From Vicugna vicugna (Eukaryota), in assembly GCA_013265495.1 (NCBI GenBank), contig MU058531.1, positions 3,720,911-3,784,910 on the forward strand: a stretch of DNA of 64,000 bases, read 5' to 3'. The notes beneath the pieces were generated by a model. That model was not told where the DNA came from and searched no databases. It was given only the letters and a program-made list of their open reading frames with translations. Shown in pieces: positions 39,201-52,668 of the stretch (position 1 is its first letter; every line of letters begins with the position of its first letter). The position numbers and the translations under genes are program-made.

Positions 39201-40009
39201 GTAAGTATTTGTTTCAATCTGTTTTTGAATATAAACATTTAACTATCATATCTCATAGTATCTTATATTGTATTAGCTCCCAATTGTCTGTATCTCATGT
39301 TTTTTTTCTTGGTCCTGTCAACTTACCTGGAGAGGAATCTTCCCATCTCCTACCAGGGACTTATGAGACTGCCAGCTTTCTGGGAGAGCAGCTGGGGATT
39401 TCACCATTCAATTTGTAAATGTTTATTTATTGTCCCTGCTGTGGTGCCTTATCCTCTTCTCCCTAATGCTCCTTTTCCTGACTGTTCCTTTAGCAGTAAA
39501 CCTCTTACATTCTGCTAGGTTGAGGGAAAGATAGGCACCTGTCCATACAGGATAGGGGAGAGGATTTGCTCTTTCTGTGGATTTTCAGCCAATCCTAGTT
39601 TTAGCCCTACCTTTCAATTTTAAAAGTAGCTGGTAACTTCAGTTCCTGAGCCTTTCCAAATTTTATGGCTGAATTGGCTTACTGCTTATTGACTTCCTTC
39701 TCTACATATATTTTACTATCAACATTCTACATTTAGTGAAGTTAAAATTTCTAAAATGCTGTTGACATCTTTTATCTACTTTTTATATTATTTTCCATTC
39801 TTTTTGTCCTCCTAGGACAATTTTGAAAAACATTTTCTGTTATTTTAGTTGGATTTCGAAGGGAACAAAGAAGAAACAATGCGTTCAATTTGCCATGCTT
39901 AACTAGAAATTGCAAAACCTTCATCTTCTCGCCTTTGTCTTAAAATAGAAGAATTTTAGAGCACTCACAGTAGGTAGCTGCCTGGTACAGATTATTTTGT
40001 TGCATGTTC

Positions 40010-40340
40010 ATTTGTGTATTCATCCATTCACTCAACAGATATTTATTGTGTGTTTATTGATATTTCCCAGGCAGGCCTTGTTCTAGGCATTTTGTTCACT
40101 CCAGTGGACAAAAAGAAAGATTCCTCTCTCTGATGCTTTTAGTTTAGAAGGAGGAGACAGACAATAAACAACAAATAAATAAGTAAATCATATGTTATAT
40201 TAAAAGGTGATAAGTGCTATGGAAAAAGTGTGCCATAGTAAAGGGGACGAAGTGCCAAGTTTGGAGATGGAGCAGGTTGTAGTATTAAAAGAAGGTGATC
40301 AAGTAGTCCTTATGGAGAAAATCAAATTTGAACAGAGAAT
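40010..40340 (-). mobile_element. L2 LINE 3' end
   Basis: attcatccattcactcaacagatatttattg...gataagtgctatggaaaa. Confidence 0.7.
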
Positions 40341-42548
40341 CTATACTCTCTTGCTCATGTGTTCTGTAATAGAATCATAAAAACATTACATAATCCCATC
40401 ACATTTTTAAGGTAACATTTATTTAAATTTTTTTCATTATAAGTGTAATTGTCAAGGATTTAATTTTCAGCACTTGTTAAATATATTTTAAAATAAAATG
40501 TATGTCTGTTTTAAAAAGTGTAGCCAATGGACTTTAAACACTACAATGAGTTTATATATGTCATCATCCATTTAAAGAAAAATGTATAAACAATCCCTTT
40601 GTTAGTATTCTACAGGATATACAGATTAATTAACTCGTTGGATTGATGTAAAATGACCATGTTATAACCTAATTGGTAAAGCCATGCATGCCTCATTGGC
40701 AAACCAGTCAGCCAAATCAGACATATAAGAAGAGATAAAAATAATATCAACTATATTAGAATACATATTTCATGCTGTGATTTGACAAAAAGGTTTTTAA
40801 CAACATTAATAAAAAATACATCTGAATCTCTAAATCAGTCACACCAAAACTTTTATCTGTGGAATTTCTTCAGTATATTTTGTAAAAATTTGGTAGTGGT
40901 TTACATTCTAGTTATATTTAAAATAACAAAGGGCACCAATTTGCATTGCTATTTTTAATTCATTTTCCTGCAACTCTCCATCAAATGTTACATATTGTTA
41001 GATAAAAGGTATGGAATGAAGAATTGTAATTGAATTTTGTAATGAAATGAAAATTGTAACTACTCATCTCTATTCTATCACATGATGGAATTCAATCATA
41101 TTTCTATTTATATATGATAGGAAGCCAGAGGCTTTTCTAAAACAGTATTTAGAATTATCCTGTTTTGTATTTCATGCCTCAGAGCAATTCACCATAGTAA
41201 GTTTTGTAATGGGTGAGGACTGTGACTATCTATCATTTGCTTCTATGAATTTAATGACATTCTTAGGCAGAAAAGAAAAATATGTAAATTAAACAAATGA
41301 ATTCCCTTAAAATAATTCATGACTATACAGTGTGCTCTTTGGAAAGTCTTTTTCTACAGGGTATGGTTGTCCCAATTTAAGCCCACTCTATTTTGGTTGT
41401 TGAATTGTGTTAGTTTCCTACTAGGAGGAAATCGTTCTAGATTACTTGTGAATAGAGTAAAACTCTTTGAGTCTTGAGTGTCAGCTGTCTGTAGGTCCTT
41501 TGATATAAGCTTTCTCCTTTGAAGCAAGGAGATAGGTTGCTATTATTTTGCCAGATTGTATCTGCTGGCACATATAGCGAACTGGGCCTGCACTATGGTG
41601 GGACTCCAAGGTGAGTGTATCGTAAAAGTGAAAGTGAGAAGACCAATTAAATTTCCCATCATTACAGGAGTCAGAAACTGTAGACGAGAAGTCAGATATT
41701 ACCATAAGAAATCTGTAAGCTTTGTAACTTTCCCACATTTATTTTTTTCATTATAACTCTGTTTCTCAATAGTGATTATATCAGTAAAACCCCTAAAATA
41801 AGAAAGATCTGTGTGCATGTCTGCAAAGATAACAAAAGAATGGGGAATCTGAGTAGATGCCCTCCTCCCATATCCTAGGCAGGCATAGGGGAAGAGAGGA
41901 GAGAAAGACTTCATGTGGCAGAAAGTAGGTGGGTTACACAGGTGCTTTAACTGGTGAAGTTTTATTTCTGAAGGTGAGTGGCCCATATATAGGTTTTGTT
42001 TTTTTTTAATTACTGTTTGTTTCCCAAATTTTTATTTTGAACAACTTCAAACTAACAAAAAAGTTGTAGGAGTTCTGTTACCCTCTTTCCAGATCAAGTC
42101 AGAATCATGTGTGGCACTTAGCTGTTGTATCTATTTAGTCTCCTTTAAATGCCTATTTCAGTGCATCATACCATGAGTTCATAAATAATACAGAATATTC
42201 AGAAAAATTGGACTCTAAAGATGTTGTAGATATAACTTGTTTCCTTTTCATATATTCAGAAGAGTGATATATGGTAAATCTGAGCTTTAAATAGCTCAGT
42301 GAACATAAAATATAAATTCTAAGAAAGCGTTGTCATTGTTTAATTGGCAGCATTTTGTCCTTTTTGTGATATGTAAAATAATGTTTCTTATAATAAACAT
42401 ATTGATTCAATTAAATATATTTTTAATCCCTTCTTTTGTTCTGCTACCCTTCTGTTACAGATGGTTAACAGTTTGCCTTTCATATCCATTCAGCAAATAT
42501 TTTGGTACTAAGAATACAACTGTGAATGAACAGACACAATCTTGTCTC

Positions 42549-43035
42549 TGTATGAGTTTCCTATTCTTGCTGTAACAAATTACTACAAACTTAATGGCTT
42601 TAAACAATTCAAATTCACTATCTGACAACTCTGGAGGTTAGAAGTCCGAAACAGATTTCATTGGACTCAAGTCAGAGTATTGGCAGCCTATGTTCTTTCT
42701 GGAGGCTCTAGGGGAGAAGCCATTTCCTTGCTTTTTCCAGCTGCTACAGGCTGCCTGCATTCCTTGGCTCTTGATGCCCCACCTCCAAAATTCAAAGTCA
42801 ATTGTGTAGCATCGTCAAATATCTCTTTAGTCTCCTGCCAACCTCTTATACTTATAAAGACTCTGTAATGATTACCTTGGGCCCAGCCATACAATCCAAA
42901 ATAATCTTCCCATCGCAAGATCCTTAATTTAATTGTGTCCGTAAAGTCCCTTTTGCCATGTATGGTAGCATTTTCACAGGTTCCAGAGATTAGGACGTGG
43001 ATATCTTCATGGGCAGATTTATTCTACCTACCACA
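42549..43035 (-). mobile_element. MaLR solo LTR (MLT1D-like) inserted in an L2 fragment (about 42480-43380)
   Basis: TG...CA ends; tgctgtaacaaattactacaaactt...tttctggaggctctaggggagaa; 5-bp TSD gtctc/ggctc. Confidence 0.85.
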
Positions 43036-44227
43036 GGCTCTGTCCTCATGGAATTTATATTCTAGAAAATCAAATAGGTAATTACTACCGAGTCTGCAAA
43101 GAGTACTCAGAAGACGCCAGAGAAATAGGAGGAGAATAAAGAAATATTGGATCACAGAAGCTAAGGAAATTCTAAGAGAGTAGGAAAGTGTCCATTGGAT
43201 TTTACAGTGAATATAATTGGTTGTCATGGCAAGAGACATTTCAAGATAGTATATATATAGTAATAGAGTGGGAATCCAGATTGAAGTGCGCTAATGAGTT
43301 TAAAGGGAGCTGAGAAAGTAGAAATAGTGATTGTAGGTAACCCTTTCAAAACTTTTTGCTGGGAGGAAGAGGCAGAAGTATCATTGCAAATGTTCTTAGT
43401 GGCCACTGTATAAGTCTGTTATACAAATCTCTACCAGAAGTGCTTGATAAACTTTTTTTTTTAATGAAAGAATCAATATTTTTGCAGTAGCAGTTCTAAT
43501 TTATTTATCTGCTCAGAAATGTGCAAGAGCTACTTATAACTCACAAGCAGACATCTATATAGCTGAGCCTTTTACTGAAGACCTTCCACAATTTGTAAAT
43601 ACATCCTACTTTTTCTAATTTCCCCCATTATTCTCATAAATCTTGTGCTCCAGCTGAGCTGGTCCTGTATGTCTCTGCTCACCACCTTAGAATGGTTTTT
43701 CCTGATTTCTTTCTCCTGCTTTTCCCAGGAATCAGCCTTACTAGCCTAACCCCCACAACCTCTTGTTTCTTGGAATTTCAGCAGCACCTCTCTTAAATCT
43801 TTTATTCTTAGTTCTTCTCGTTCTTCCTCAGCAGATATGTTATAACAATGAGGACAATCACCTCATTTTCATTAAATTTTGTGAGTTTATACTGTGAAAG
43901 AGAAAGACAGAGAAAATGAAAACTAGAGTAGGATACTGAGATAGGCTTTTTGTATGTAGCAAGTAAAAGGTGATACTTTTTTCTTTTTTCCAAAATTTTC
44001 TGTAATGCTTTTTAAACTATAAGAACAAGAAATGTAAAATTAGGGAGAATTTCATAATTTTTAGTGGTTCTCTATACTTACCTTTGTTAGGAGATAAAAA
44101 GAAATAAGAAATCTTGTTTAATTCTACTTTGTAATATCACTTTGTCATTTTTGAGGAATATGATAAAATAAACTGTATAGAATTATTATTGTAAGCACAT
44201 TTTGATTAATTTCTTTTCCTTTTGAAG

Positions 44228-44356
44228 GTTCAAGGGATGTCCTTCATAGCAGCAGTTCTCATTCTCAATTTGGAAGAGGCAGATGCCTTCATTGCATTTG
44301 CAAATCTTCTGAATAAGCCATGCCAATTAGCCTTTTTTCGTGTGGATCATAGTATG
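44228..44356 (+). CDS. TBC1D12: TBC1D12 coding exon 10 (completes glutamine finger YxQ)
   Basis: tttgaag / atg|gtatgg; 129 nt; [43 protein letters not shown]. Confidence 0.96.
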
Positions 44357-44620
44357 GTATGGACATTTGGAAAGAATCATGTTTTTCTTTGACTGTCAAT
44401 TTCTGTAGTCTAAATGCCCTTTAGAGTGAAAAACAGTAATTAGAAGACTAAGATAATCTGATGTAAAATGAAGTTTTCATGGAATTATAGTTTTATGAAT
44501 GCTTGATGAAAAGAGTCAGAGGTGCTAAGCAAGGTTTTCTATTAATTTATGATTAAGGATTTAATTTCTCTATTTCTAGAGTATACTCTTAAATAATTTT
44601 ATTGAAATTTCTATCTGTAG

Positions 44621-44730
44621 ATGTTGAAATACTTTGCAACGTTTGAAGTATTTTTTGAAGAAAATCTCTCCAAACTATTTCTTCATTTCAAATCTTACAG
44701 TCTTACACCAGACATATACTTGATAGACTG
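44621..44730 (+). CDS. TBC1D12: TBC1D12 coding exon 11
   Basis: ctgtag / tg|gtaagt; 110 nt; [36 protein letters not shown]. Confidence 0.96.
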
Positions 44731-44874
44731 GTAAGTCATAACATACATATGTAAAATATAATTAAAAGGAAACAAAGTGTAACTTTTTCATGTTTTAGGA
44801 GCTAGAATAAATCTTATGCACAGGATAGTACATATAAAAAACTCTTACATATAGAGAAACTCTCATTTTTGTGG

Positions 44875-45060
44875 GGAGGCATTTGATTAAGAGCATAGAC
44901 TCTGGGTTGAAATCAGAATCCCTCAGTTTGTATTTCAGTTTCCTGACTATAAAATGGGAATAATAATATCTGTATCTTGAGGTGTAGTGAGAGTGTTTTA
45001 CGTGTATTATTTCATTCAATGCCCAGTACATACTGAACTCTCAAAAAGAGTTAGTTGCTA
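44875..45060 (+). mobile_element. MIR SINE
   Basis: tcagtttcctgactataaaatgggaataataata. Confidence 0.7.
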
Positions 45061-45370
45061 TTCCTTTAGTATTCTTAACACACAAGGGCTTATGAAAGTT
45101 ATGATAGTATTTCTTTACCAAGGGCTTTGTGTTTGTCAAGACCTTATCCAGCTTTCTGACAGAGTAATGATGCCTTATTTAAGTGCTTATGTCTTTTTTC
45201 AACTTTCCAGTTCTAGCTTTTCTGTTGCTAAGACTCTGGTGAGCAGTAGCCAGTTGATTATAGAAAGGGGACTGAATTTTTCCCAAGAGATGGAGCTGTT
45301 GCTCTTAAGATAGATTGTTAAGAGTATTATTAAATATTTAAACCTTAAATTGCAATCATTAAAAAGTCAG

Positions 45371-45497
45371 GGTGGGGAGGGTATAGCTCAGTGGTAAAGT
45401 GCATGCCTAGCATGCAGGAGGTCCTGGGTTCAATCCCTGGTCCCTCCATCAAAAATAATAAATAAAGAGATGAACCTAATCCCCCTCTAAAAAAAAA
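45371..45497 (+). mobile_element. Vic-1-like SINE
   Basis: ggggagggtatagctcagtgg...ctgggttcaatccc; A-rich tail. Confidence 0.88.
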
Positions 45498-45533
45498 TCA
45501 GTAGGTTTTATATAAATTACATTAAGTTTTAAT

Positions 45534-45536
<3 letters not shown>

Positions 45537-45582
<46 letters not shown>

Positions 45583-45588
45583 CAGATA
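45537..45588. repeat. (GATA)11 GACA GATA microsatellite
   Basis: Directly visible tetranucleotide array. Confidence 0.97.
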
Positions 45589-46544
45589 ATGGCATTGATC
45601 AAATATCTTTCCAGTTGTTTGGGGTTTCTTTTATTCAGGCTTTAAAAAAAAGTAAGTTATTTTTCGATGTATTCCCGCCTATTCCCATTAGGAACATTAG
45701 AGTTCCTCTGGGTAAGACCTAAGATCATGGGGAGAAGGATTTTATATCATGGGACCCAGAGGACCAAGATCAAATACTAAATCTGTAAAGAAGTGGGCGA
45801 AAACCCTCAATTGTTCATTTTAAGGAGTGTGAACATTAGGCAAAACAGGATCACAATTGTTAAAGTTTGCAGAATGGAATTAATACCAAGTGAGTACTGT
45901 ATAATAGAAACTGCCTAGGCACTACTGGTACCCTGTCTCTTTTTGAACAGTGAGTTAGCATTCTCTGTGCTACCAAGAGTATGTATGCTTTTTGTTATGT
46001 AGTCAAATATGGGTTTATAATTTAAGAAGTAGATGTGAATTTATTTCACTGCCTTGTTAAGTTTATAACATACAAATCCCAGAATTGATGCAAGAAAAAA
46101 AGAGGAATAAATAAGAGGCAGTACCACAGGGTATATTTTTCTTTTTTTGGCAGGAGAGCCTTTAGTTCCTTTGCTCATGTTTCATCAGCACTACCTCAGA
46201 TATACACACAGTTTGTTTAAAAAATATGTACCTTCTTTGTCAAGGCAACTTCAAGAGAAGTTCTCTAGCACCTACTCTCCCTACTTTTCCAGCCAGAATG
46301 CCACCCTGAAGTACTGCTGGATAAAGACTTATATGATCAGACATTGTCAGAAAGGATGGGAAAAACCATTTTGGTGATTCTATTGGAGGGTATACATGCT
46401 CCAAAAGAAGTAGTAAGTAAAGTTCAGTGAAGGGAAAATAAAGCAGTGGATGGATGCTTGTGGAAAGAGAAAAGAGAGAAGTCAGACTTTATGGTTTTGT
46501 ATTTAAGTTACTAAAAGATAATACTTGGGTTCCTCATACAATAA

Positions 46545-46800
46545 TAAGTAACTTTTATTGAGCGTTTCTTATGTGCCAGGCACTGTTCTAAACACTTTAC
46601 ATTTATTAGCTCCTTTAATTTTCAAAACAACCCTGAAAGGTAGTTTTATTATCTTGTTTACTAATGAGGAAACTGAGGCACAGCAGGGATAATTATGTTA
46701 CTCAAGGTAACACAACCAATCAATTGCAAATCTAAGATTCAAACTCAGGTATTCTGGTTTCAGCGCCCATACCCTTAACCATGAGGTTATTCTGCCACTC
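46545..46800 (-). mobile_element. MIR SINE
   Basis: atgtgccaggcactgttctaaacactttaca...atgaggaaactgaggcacag. Confidence 0.85.
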
Positions 46801-47024
46801 TGGTTCGTACTGGACCATATCTCTACTTTAAGATTATAAATTCACTGGCTTTTGTTATTTATTACTTAATTTCCCATGAATGAGGTTCTTTGAGGGAAGG
46901 AGCTATACCTTATTTGCCTTTTTATCTCTAATTAAGCACTGTTCTTTTTACATAGAGATGCTTAATGAGTAAACAAATAAGTGAATGAAAAATCTGAATG
47001 ACTATTTTTTTCCCCTAATTTTAG

Positions 47025-47283
47025 GATCTTCACACTGTATAGCAAATCACTACCACTTGATCTGGCCTGTCGAGTCTGGGATGTATTTTGCAGAGATGGG
47101 GAGGAGTTTTTATTTAGGACTGGATTAGGAATCCTCCGATTATATGAAGATATTCTCCTACAGATGGACTTTATTCATATAGCACAGTTTCTAACTAAAT
47201 TGCCAGAAGATATCACATCAGAAAAGCTATTCAGCTGTATTGCAGCCATTCAGATGCAGAATAGCACCAAAAAATGGACTCAG
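47025..47283 (+). CDS. TBC1D12: TBC1D12 coding exon 12
   Basis: ttttag / cag|gtagag; 259 nt; [35 protein letters not shown]...NSTKKWTQ. Confidence 0.97.
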
Positions 47284-48024
47284 GTAGAGTGACATTTTCC
47301 TACTTGTAATTGATATGTTAAAACAGTTTACTTGTTAAAAAAAAAGTTATGTATTTCTCAAATGTTAGTGTTAAATTAAAAAGAGAACTTTAAAAAATTT
47401 CACTTTCAAAAAAAATGGATTGGTTCTCTTTCACCTATTCTATGGTTTTATTTTTATGTAAATCCAGATACATGAGTTTAGTGGAGTGCAGCTACAATAG
47501 TCACGTATTTGCCAGGGCAATTATGTAATTACCTAGGTATTTCAAGCAGACAGCAATTGTGTGAAACACCTGATGTGCACTAAGGGTTTGCGACAGAAAG
47601 AACATAATGTATGATCCTGACTTTTTAGATGCTTAGTCTTGTTAAGGAAGCAAATGCACTGGCAGTCTAAAGTTAAATTACATAAAAATAGTGTTAAAAC
47701 TTGCTCCATGAATGACAGACAGTTGGCATTATAAGCTCACAGTTTTATTGCTTATCCAAATGAAAATATAAGAATATTGGTCCAGAAAATATTTTGTTAC
47801 CTAATATTAATTTTAGAATGTTTGGCAAATGATGAAAACTAGGATCTAACTATATGCCATAAAGTTGGGTTGAAACAAACGAGGATTTGAGAATGGCAGT
47901 TTTTTAAGGGGGCAGAGTTAAGTATACTAAAGCTTTTTCATGTTAATAAACTATAGTTATTTAAATCTCTTTAATCGGCATGGTAGTTTTTTTAGGATTA
48001 ATGTTTATTTTATATAATTTCCAG

Positions 48025-48093
48025 GTCTTTGCATCTGTAATGAAGGATATTAAAGAAGGAGAAAAGAATAATAGTCCTGCTCTGAAAAGCTAA
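48025..48093 (+). CDS. TBC1D12: TBC1D12 last coding exon (exon 13) with TAA stop
   Basis: ttccag acceptor; [22 protein letters not shown]; the 12 exons total 1357 nt and join in frame. Confidence 0.96.
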   Translation, partial: VFASVMKDIKEGEKNNSPALKS

Positions 48094-49900
48094 TCTTCAA
48101 AATTAACAGACTAGTTGAAATAGAGAAAATTTTTTTTTATAAAAGTTTTTTGTTTCCTATGTAAAAAGCATGGAAGAAAATGTTGAAGAAAGCTGAAAGA
48201 AGCAAGACATGGAAAACTGCTGATTTTGAATTCCATGGCTGAAATAAATGAGTAATCTATTGACAGTATTAAAAAAAAAAACGGTATTTTGTAGGGAGAG
48301 CCATTTTACAAAGGAAAAAGGTTAAATGGCTAGTTCATACTCCATAATTTGGAGTGAACAGTTTAATGCAATAAAATTTTTTAACAGCTTTGGAGATAGT
48401 TTAAATTTAAAAAATTTTTCTATTTTAACAATTAGCATAAAGGCACTTTGGTAGTCAGAACAGGAGAGTTAACTACTACTTTAACTTCCAAAATACTATT
48501 TGAAATAAATACCTTAGTACAGGTGTTATCTTCAGTTCCGAACCTTTGAAAATGTTATAGACCAAGAATGAGCAACTTTATTGTAAATTAGTTAAGTCAC
48601 TGAAGTTGTTTATCTTCACTCACAGGTTGGGGGAAATTAGGGTTATCTGGGAACTGGAAATATTGATGGGAGATTGTTTAGCATTTGTTTAGGTGTTTTC
48701 CACAGTATCATGTCTAGTTTTTGAAGGGAAGTTGTTTCTTTTCCTTACAGAGTTTCTATCACTCAAAAAATTTTTAGCCTGTTTTTAGTTTAAGAAATTG
48801 TTCATCTAGTAATTTAAGAAAGCTAACTGGTAGAAGGAAAGTTCTTTGCACTTTAATGGACTGAAGACTTTTTTGGGGAGTAAGTCCATAAATATAAATG
48901 AGGTTTTTCACTGGTAGGAGTAAAAAGTGATGAATTCTGAGAGTTCTTAAATAGCATGGTACTTGGCAAAACTTCAGCTTTGTTAGTTAAAATTGCTTCA
49001 CTTTCTGTAGAAACAAAATTTGCTGATTTCAACTTGAAATTTGAAATCTTATTATGTAGCCAAGTCCATGACTTGTAAAACACTGTGTATAATTTTTCTA
49101 ATCAATGGAAATAAGAGTTAAAGAAAAAGATAAATTTTTTCTAATGAGTCTAACTTTGATGGTATAGTAGATAAAGGAATGATTAATTATTGGTAAATTG
49201 ACATTGAATTTATTATAATATGTTTAATCCTTGAACCTAAAATAAATCACTTGAATATTATGAGTGATATCTATATAACATGCTATTTGGTAATAATTAG
49301 ACTTACAGTGTGCTTTTATGTTGCAGTGTGGTTTGAAACAACACTTAAGCACACTATTTCTGTTAGTGGTATATGTCTTCAAACTAACAAGCCTGAGAAC
49401 CTTGTTAGTGTAGTGACTGCCTCTTTAGAGTATGGGACCAGATGGTACCCATATTTTTTTACCCCATGGGTCATTCTAGCCTAGGGACCACTAGTGGAAC
49501 CTTCAGAAGTTAACTCCTATCATAGGAGCTTGCTTAGTGGAAACTAGTAATGTAAGAAAATATTGAGGGAGTACCCAGGGTCTTAATAGGTTTTAGAATG
49601 ACATTTGAACTCTGGTAACTACTTCCTTAGTATTGGTGGCTCTGATAGAGGAATGTAACCCCTGGCAGTAATCTCATTGAGGTTATATTACCTGCCTAAA
49701 TTTAATCTTACTTTTATGTATTTGTTTCCTGAATTGGACCTCAGTTACTGTATTTCTTTTTCTCATTTTTTAAACTTGTACAGTTTCGTTACCTTTCAAG
49801 TATAAATGTGTATATAAAATGTAAATACAATGAATTCACTAAAAACCACTATTAACAATGACTGTGTAAATAAAACTTGCAAGCAGAGTAATTACTTGAA
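48094..49900 (+). other. TBC1D12: TBC1D12 3' UTR (end approximate; may extend further)
   Basis: AU-rich sequence without recognisable repeats after the stop codon, ending in a UGUA cluster plus AATAAA. Confidence 0.7.
49869..49874 (+). terminator. candidate polyadenylation signal of TBC1D12
   Basis: AATAAA preceded by several TGTA motifs (49809, 49820, 49865). Confidence 0.6.
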
Positions 49901-50840
49901 ATGAATCTTAATTTCTTTGGGGATATTTAACTACATGTGGAGATAAAAAGGAATGAACTTTTCTTGGGGATGCACAAGGCCTTTAGCCTCTTGAGACTGA
50001 CAGAACTGGCAGCTAAAATATAGTACTATATCTTCCCTTGAAGCTCCTATACAGGAAACATGGGGCTATTCATTTTTTTTTTTCGTTAAAGTATATTTTC
50101 AATTAAAAACTAACATTTTCCTAAAATCCTCAAGATAATGTGAAATTTAATATGGTGTTTCATTTGCTTGTATACTTAATATTTCTCACTTCATTGTCCT
50201 TTTAGCCCAGGTCTACATTGTATCATTTAAATGCTACTGGAAAATTCCAGTAATTAGCATAGTTTTCTAAAGTCATAGAACATAGTCATAGTTTTGCTGA
50301 TTCTTTTCGCACTGATGACCTTCATATAATGTTACCAGCTTGAGTATATTTTTTGACTCTACAGAAGTTAGGTAGCATTTGTGAAAGAGCATTGAGATTT
50401 TCAAAGCCTCTGATTTCAGGATAACAGCTTTCATTGTAGCTTAGGAACTAATGCTATTTTTATCTAGAATTGTCAACTTTTTAAAATTTACACTGTTGGA
50501 GTGTATGATACTAAAGCATATAATCATGGAATAATTTGTCTTGCTTTAAAATGCCACATGGTTTATTGTGATTTTTCATTTCCTATTTTTGTTTGGATAA
50601 GGTAAAATTATTTTGTATTCCACAGGTATATTCAGACAGCAGAGACTGGCTGATAAAAAAGAGGCAAAAAAAAAATATGAGGTAGCAATGGAAAATCAGA
50701 ATTTAATTTGCCATGATAGTTGACATATATCTTGTCAGAAAACAAAGTTCTTACCTCTGGTGAAAAGTTATTTTTCTGTTCAATTCATATTATTTTGATT
50801 TTGTGAAAGCAGTGTCCAAAATATGAATTCCCAAATGTCA

Positions 50841-51514
50841 TGTCAGGGAGAAAGAAATTTTCCTGTATCTTTTGTTCTTCTGGCAGGTTTAAGAGTTAAA
50901 CTGAAGGGGGAGGATATAGCTCAGTGGTAGAGTGCCTGCACAGGGTCCTGGGTTCAATCCCCAGTACCTCCATTATAAACAAACAAACAAATCTAATTAC
51001 CACCCCCCCCAAATAATTAAATTAACATGAAACACGTTAACAGATATAACACATTAACAGGAGAAAGCAAAAGTTTAATAACATGTATACATGGGAGAGA
51101 CTCAGGAAAACTGAGTAACTCAACAAAATGACTGAAACCCTCACCTTAAATACCATCTTCAGCTAAAACAAAAGATGTTGGAGGTAAGGTTTGAGACATC
51201 AAAGACAGAGCAAGGCAATTCATGTGGAGATGAAGAGCAGATGTTCAGTAAACAAATGTTTGCCGGGCCTTGCAGAGAGGGTGGGACACAGAATGGACTC
51301 TGATTTCTAGGCCCTGCCTAATTTCCCCCACCTCACCTAGTCCATATTCTTAGTTCTATTCCAGAACAGGCCCTCTGTAAAAATTCTTTAAGAAGTTGTA
51401 GGGGGAAGAAACAAGAAAAACTTCTTGCGTCTTCTGTTTCTTAAAAATTATTAGCCTAAATTAATCCTCATGCAAAAAGACACATTTTGGGGTGGCAAAT
51501 TTTGCTTTTTTATA
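50841..51514 (-). mobile_element. ERV1-class solo LTR (MER34/MER4-group-like), interrupted by a SINE
   Basis: Begins tgtca; ends cacattttggggtggcaaattttgct (reverse of a GCAAAATTTGCCACCCCAAAAT LTR start). Confidence 0.7.
50907..51020 (+). mobile_element. Vic-1-like SINE with small internal deletion
   Basis: tatagctcagtggtagag...ggttcaatccccagtacctcc. Confidence 0.88.
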
Positions 51515-52018
51515 GTAGTAAAATCATTAATTTGTACTAGTCTGCTACACAACACGTAAAAATGAAAATTATATCATTTTTTAAAAGATTTAATTTTTTT
51601 TTTTTAATTTCAGGGAAATTAGCCACTTCAGAGAGAGGAGAAAGCCTTGCCCTTTAAAAAGTTTGCTTACTAACAGTGCAATTGCAATAGAAGTGAGCTC
51701 CTTGGTATTTTAAATGAATGCAGGAACACTTGGTAAACCCTGATTATGTACCAAGCACTGCCCCTTAGTATTTTGATAGGCTGCATAAAGTTACAAGGCG
51801 TGGGAAGTTAGCAAAATTGCATTTCTTTCTAAACATTCTACCATTTATATTGATTTTCTCTTAGTTCCAACTAATAAGGCTCTATTTTGTGCATTTCATG
51901 GGTTTATTTTCTGAAATACTCCAAGAAGGAAATTTGACTTTAAAAAAATTGCATTGCAAAAGTGTTTCATTTGTTGAACATTTAAGTAAACAGTACTTTC
52001 CTTATTTAAGGTAAAAAT

Positions 52019-52668
52019 TGATGCAGGAAAAATGAATATGGAGTGAGAGGATGGCTGTGTTTCAGGTCTCTGTTGAGTCCCTGGGACATGCCCAGCCAAG
52101 TGTGGATCCTTGGCTTCACGCAGGAAAGAATTCAAGAGCGAGACACAGTTGAGTAAACGTAGATTTAAAGAGATACATACCCCATAGAGTGCAGGCTGTT
52201 TCAGAAGGCAAGAGAAAGGCCACAAAGTGTCAGGGCTGGGTGCTGTAAACGTAGATACACGCTCCATACACAAAGTGCAGACCGTCTTACTCAGAAGGGA
52301 GAGTGGCCACGAGGTGTAGGGGTTGTTAGTTTTCATGGGCTCAATAGCTTCATATGTTTACAAGTGGGAGGATTATTCCAACTACTTTGGGTAAGGGGCT
52401 GAGATTCCCCTCAGGAATTGGGCCACTGCCCACTTTTTGACCTTTTATGTTTACCAACTTGGAAGGGTCATGGTTCCTGTGGAAGTGTCATTCACCATGC
52501 TAAAATATTACAATAAGTGTATAATGAAGCTCAAGGTCTACAAGAAGCCAAGTCTCCTGCCATCTTGAGCCTCAAGGTCTACTGGGAGTTGAATCGTCTA
52601 CCATTTTAGTGTTAATTGCTGTGTCATTCCTTGAATGGCTGTGCCCTGCCCCCTTCCTTCCTGTCTCA
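52019..52668 (-). mobile_element. ERV1-class solo LTR
   Basis: TG...CA termini; 4-bp TSD aaat (52015-52018 / 52669-52672). Confidence 0.88.

Noticed and set aside
769..48093. Pseudogenisation or non-canonical (U12/GC-AG) introns in TBC1D12
   Set aside because: All 12 exons join in frame with GT-AG boundaries, and the IxxDxxR and YxQ catalytic motifs are intact
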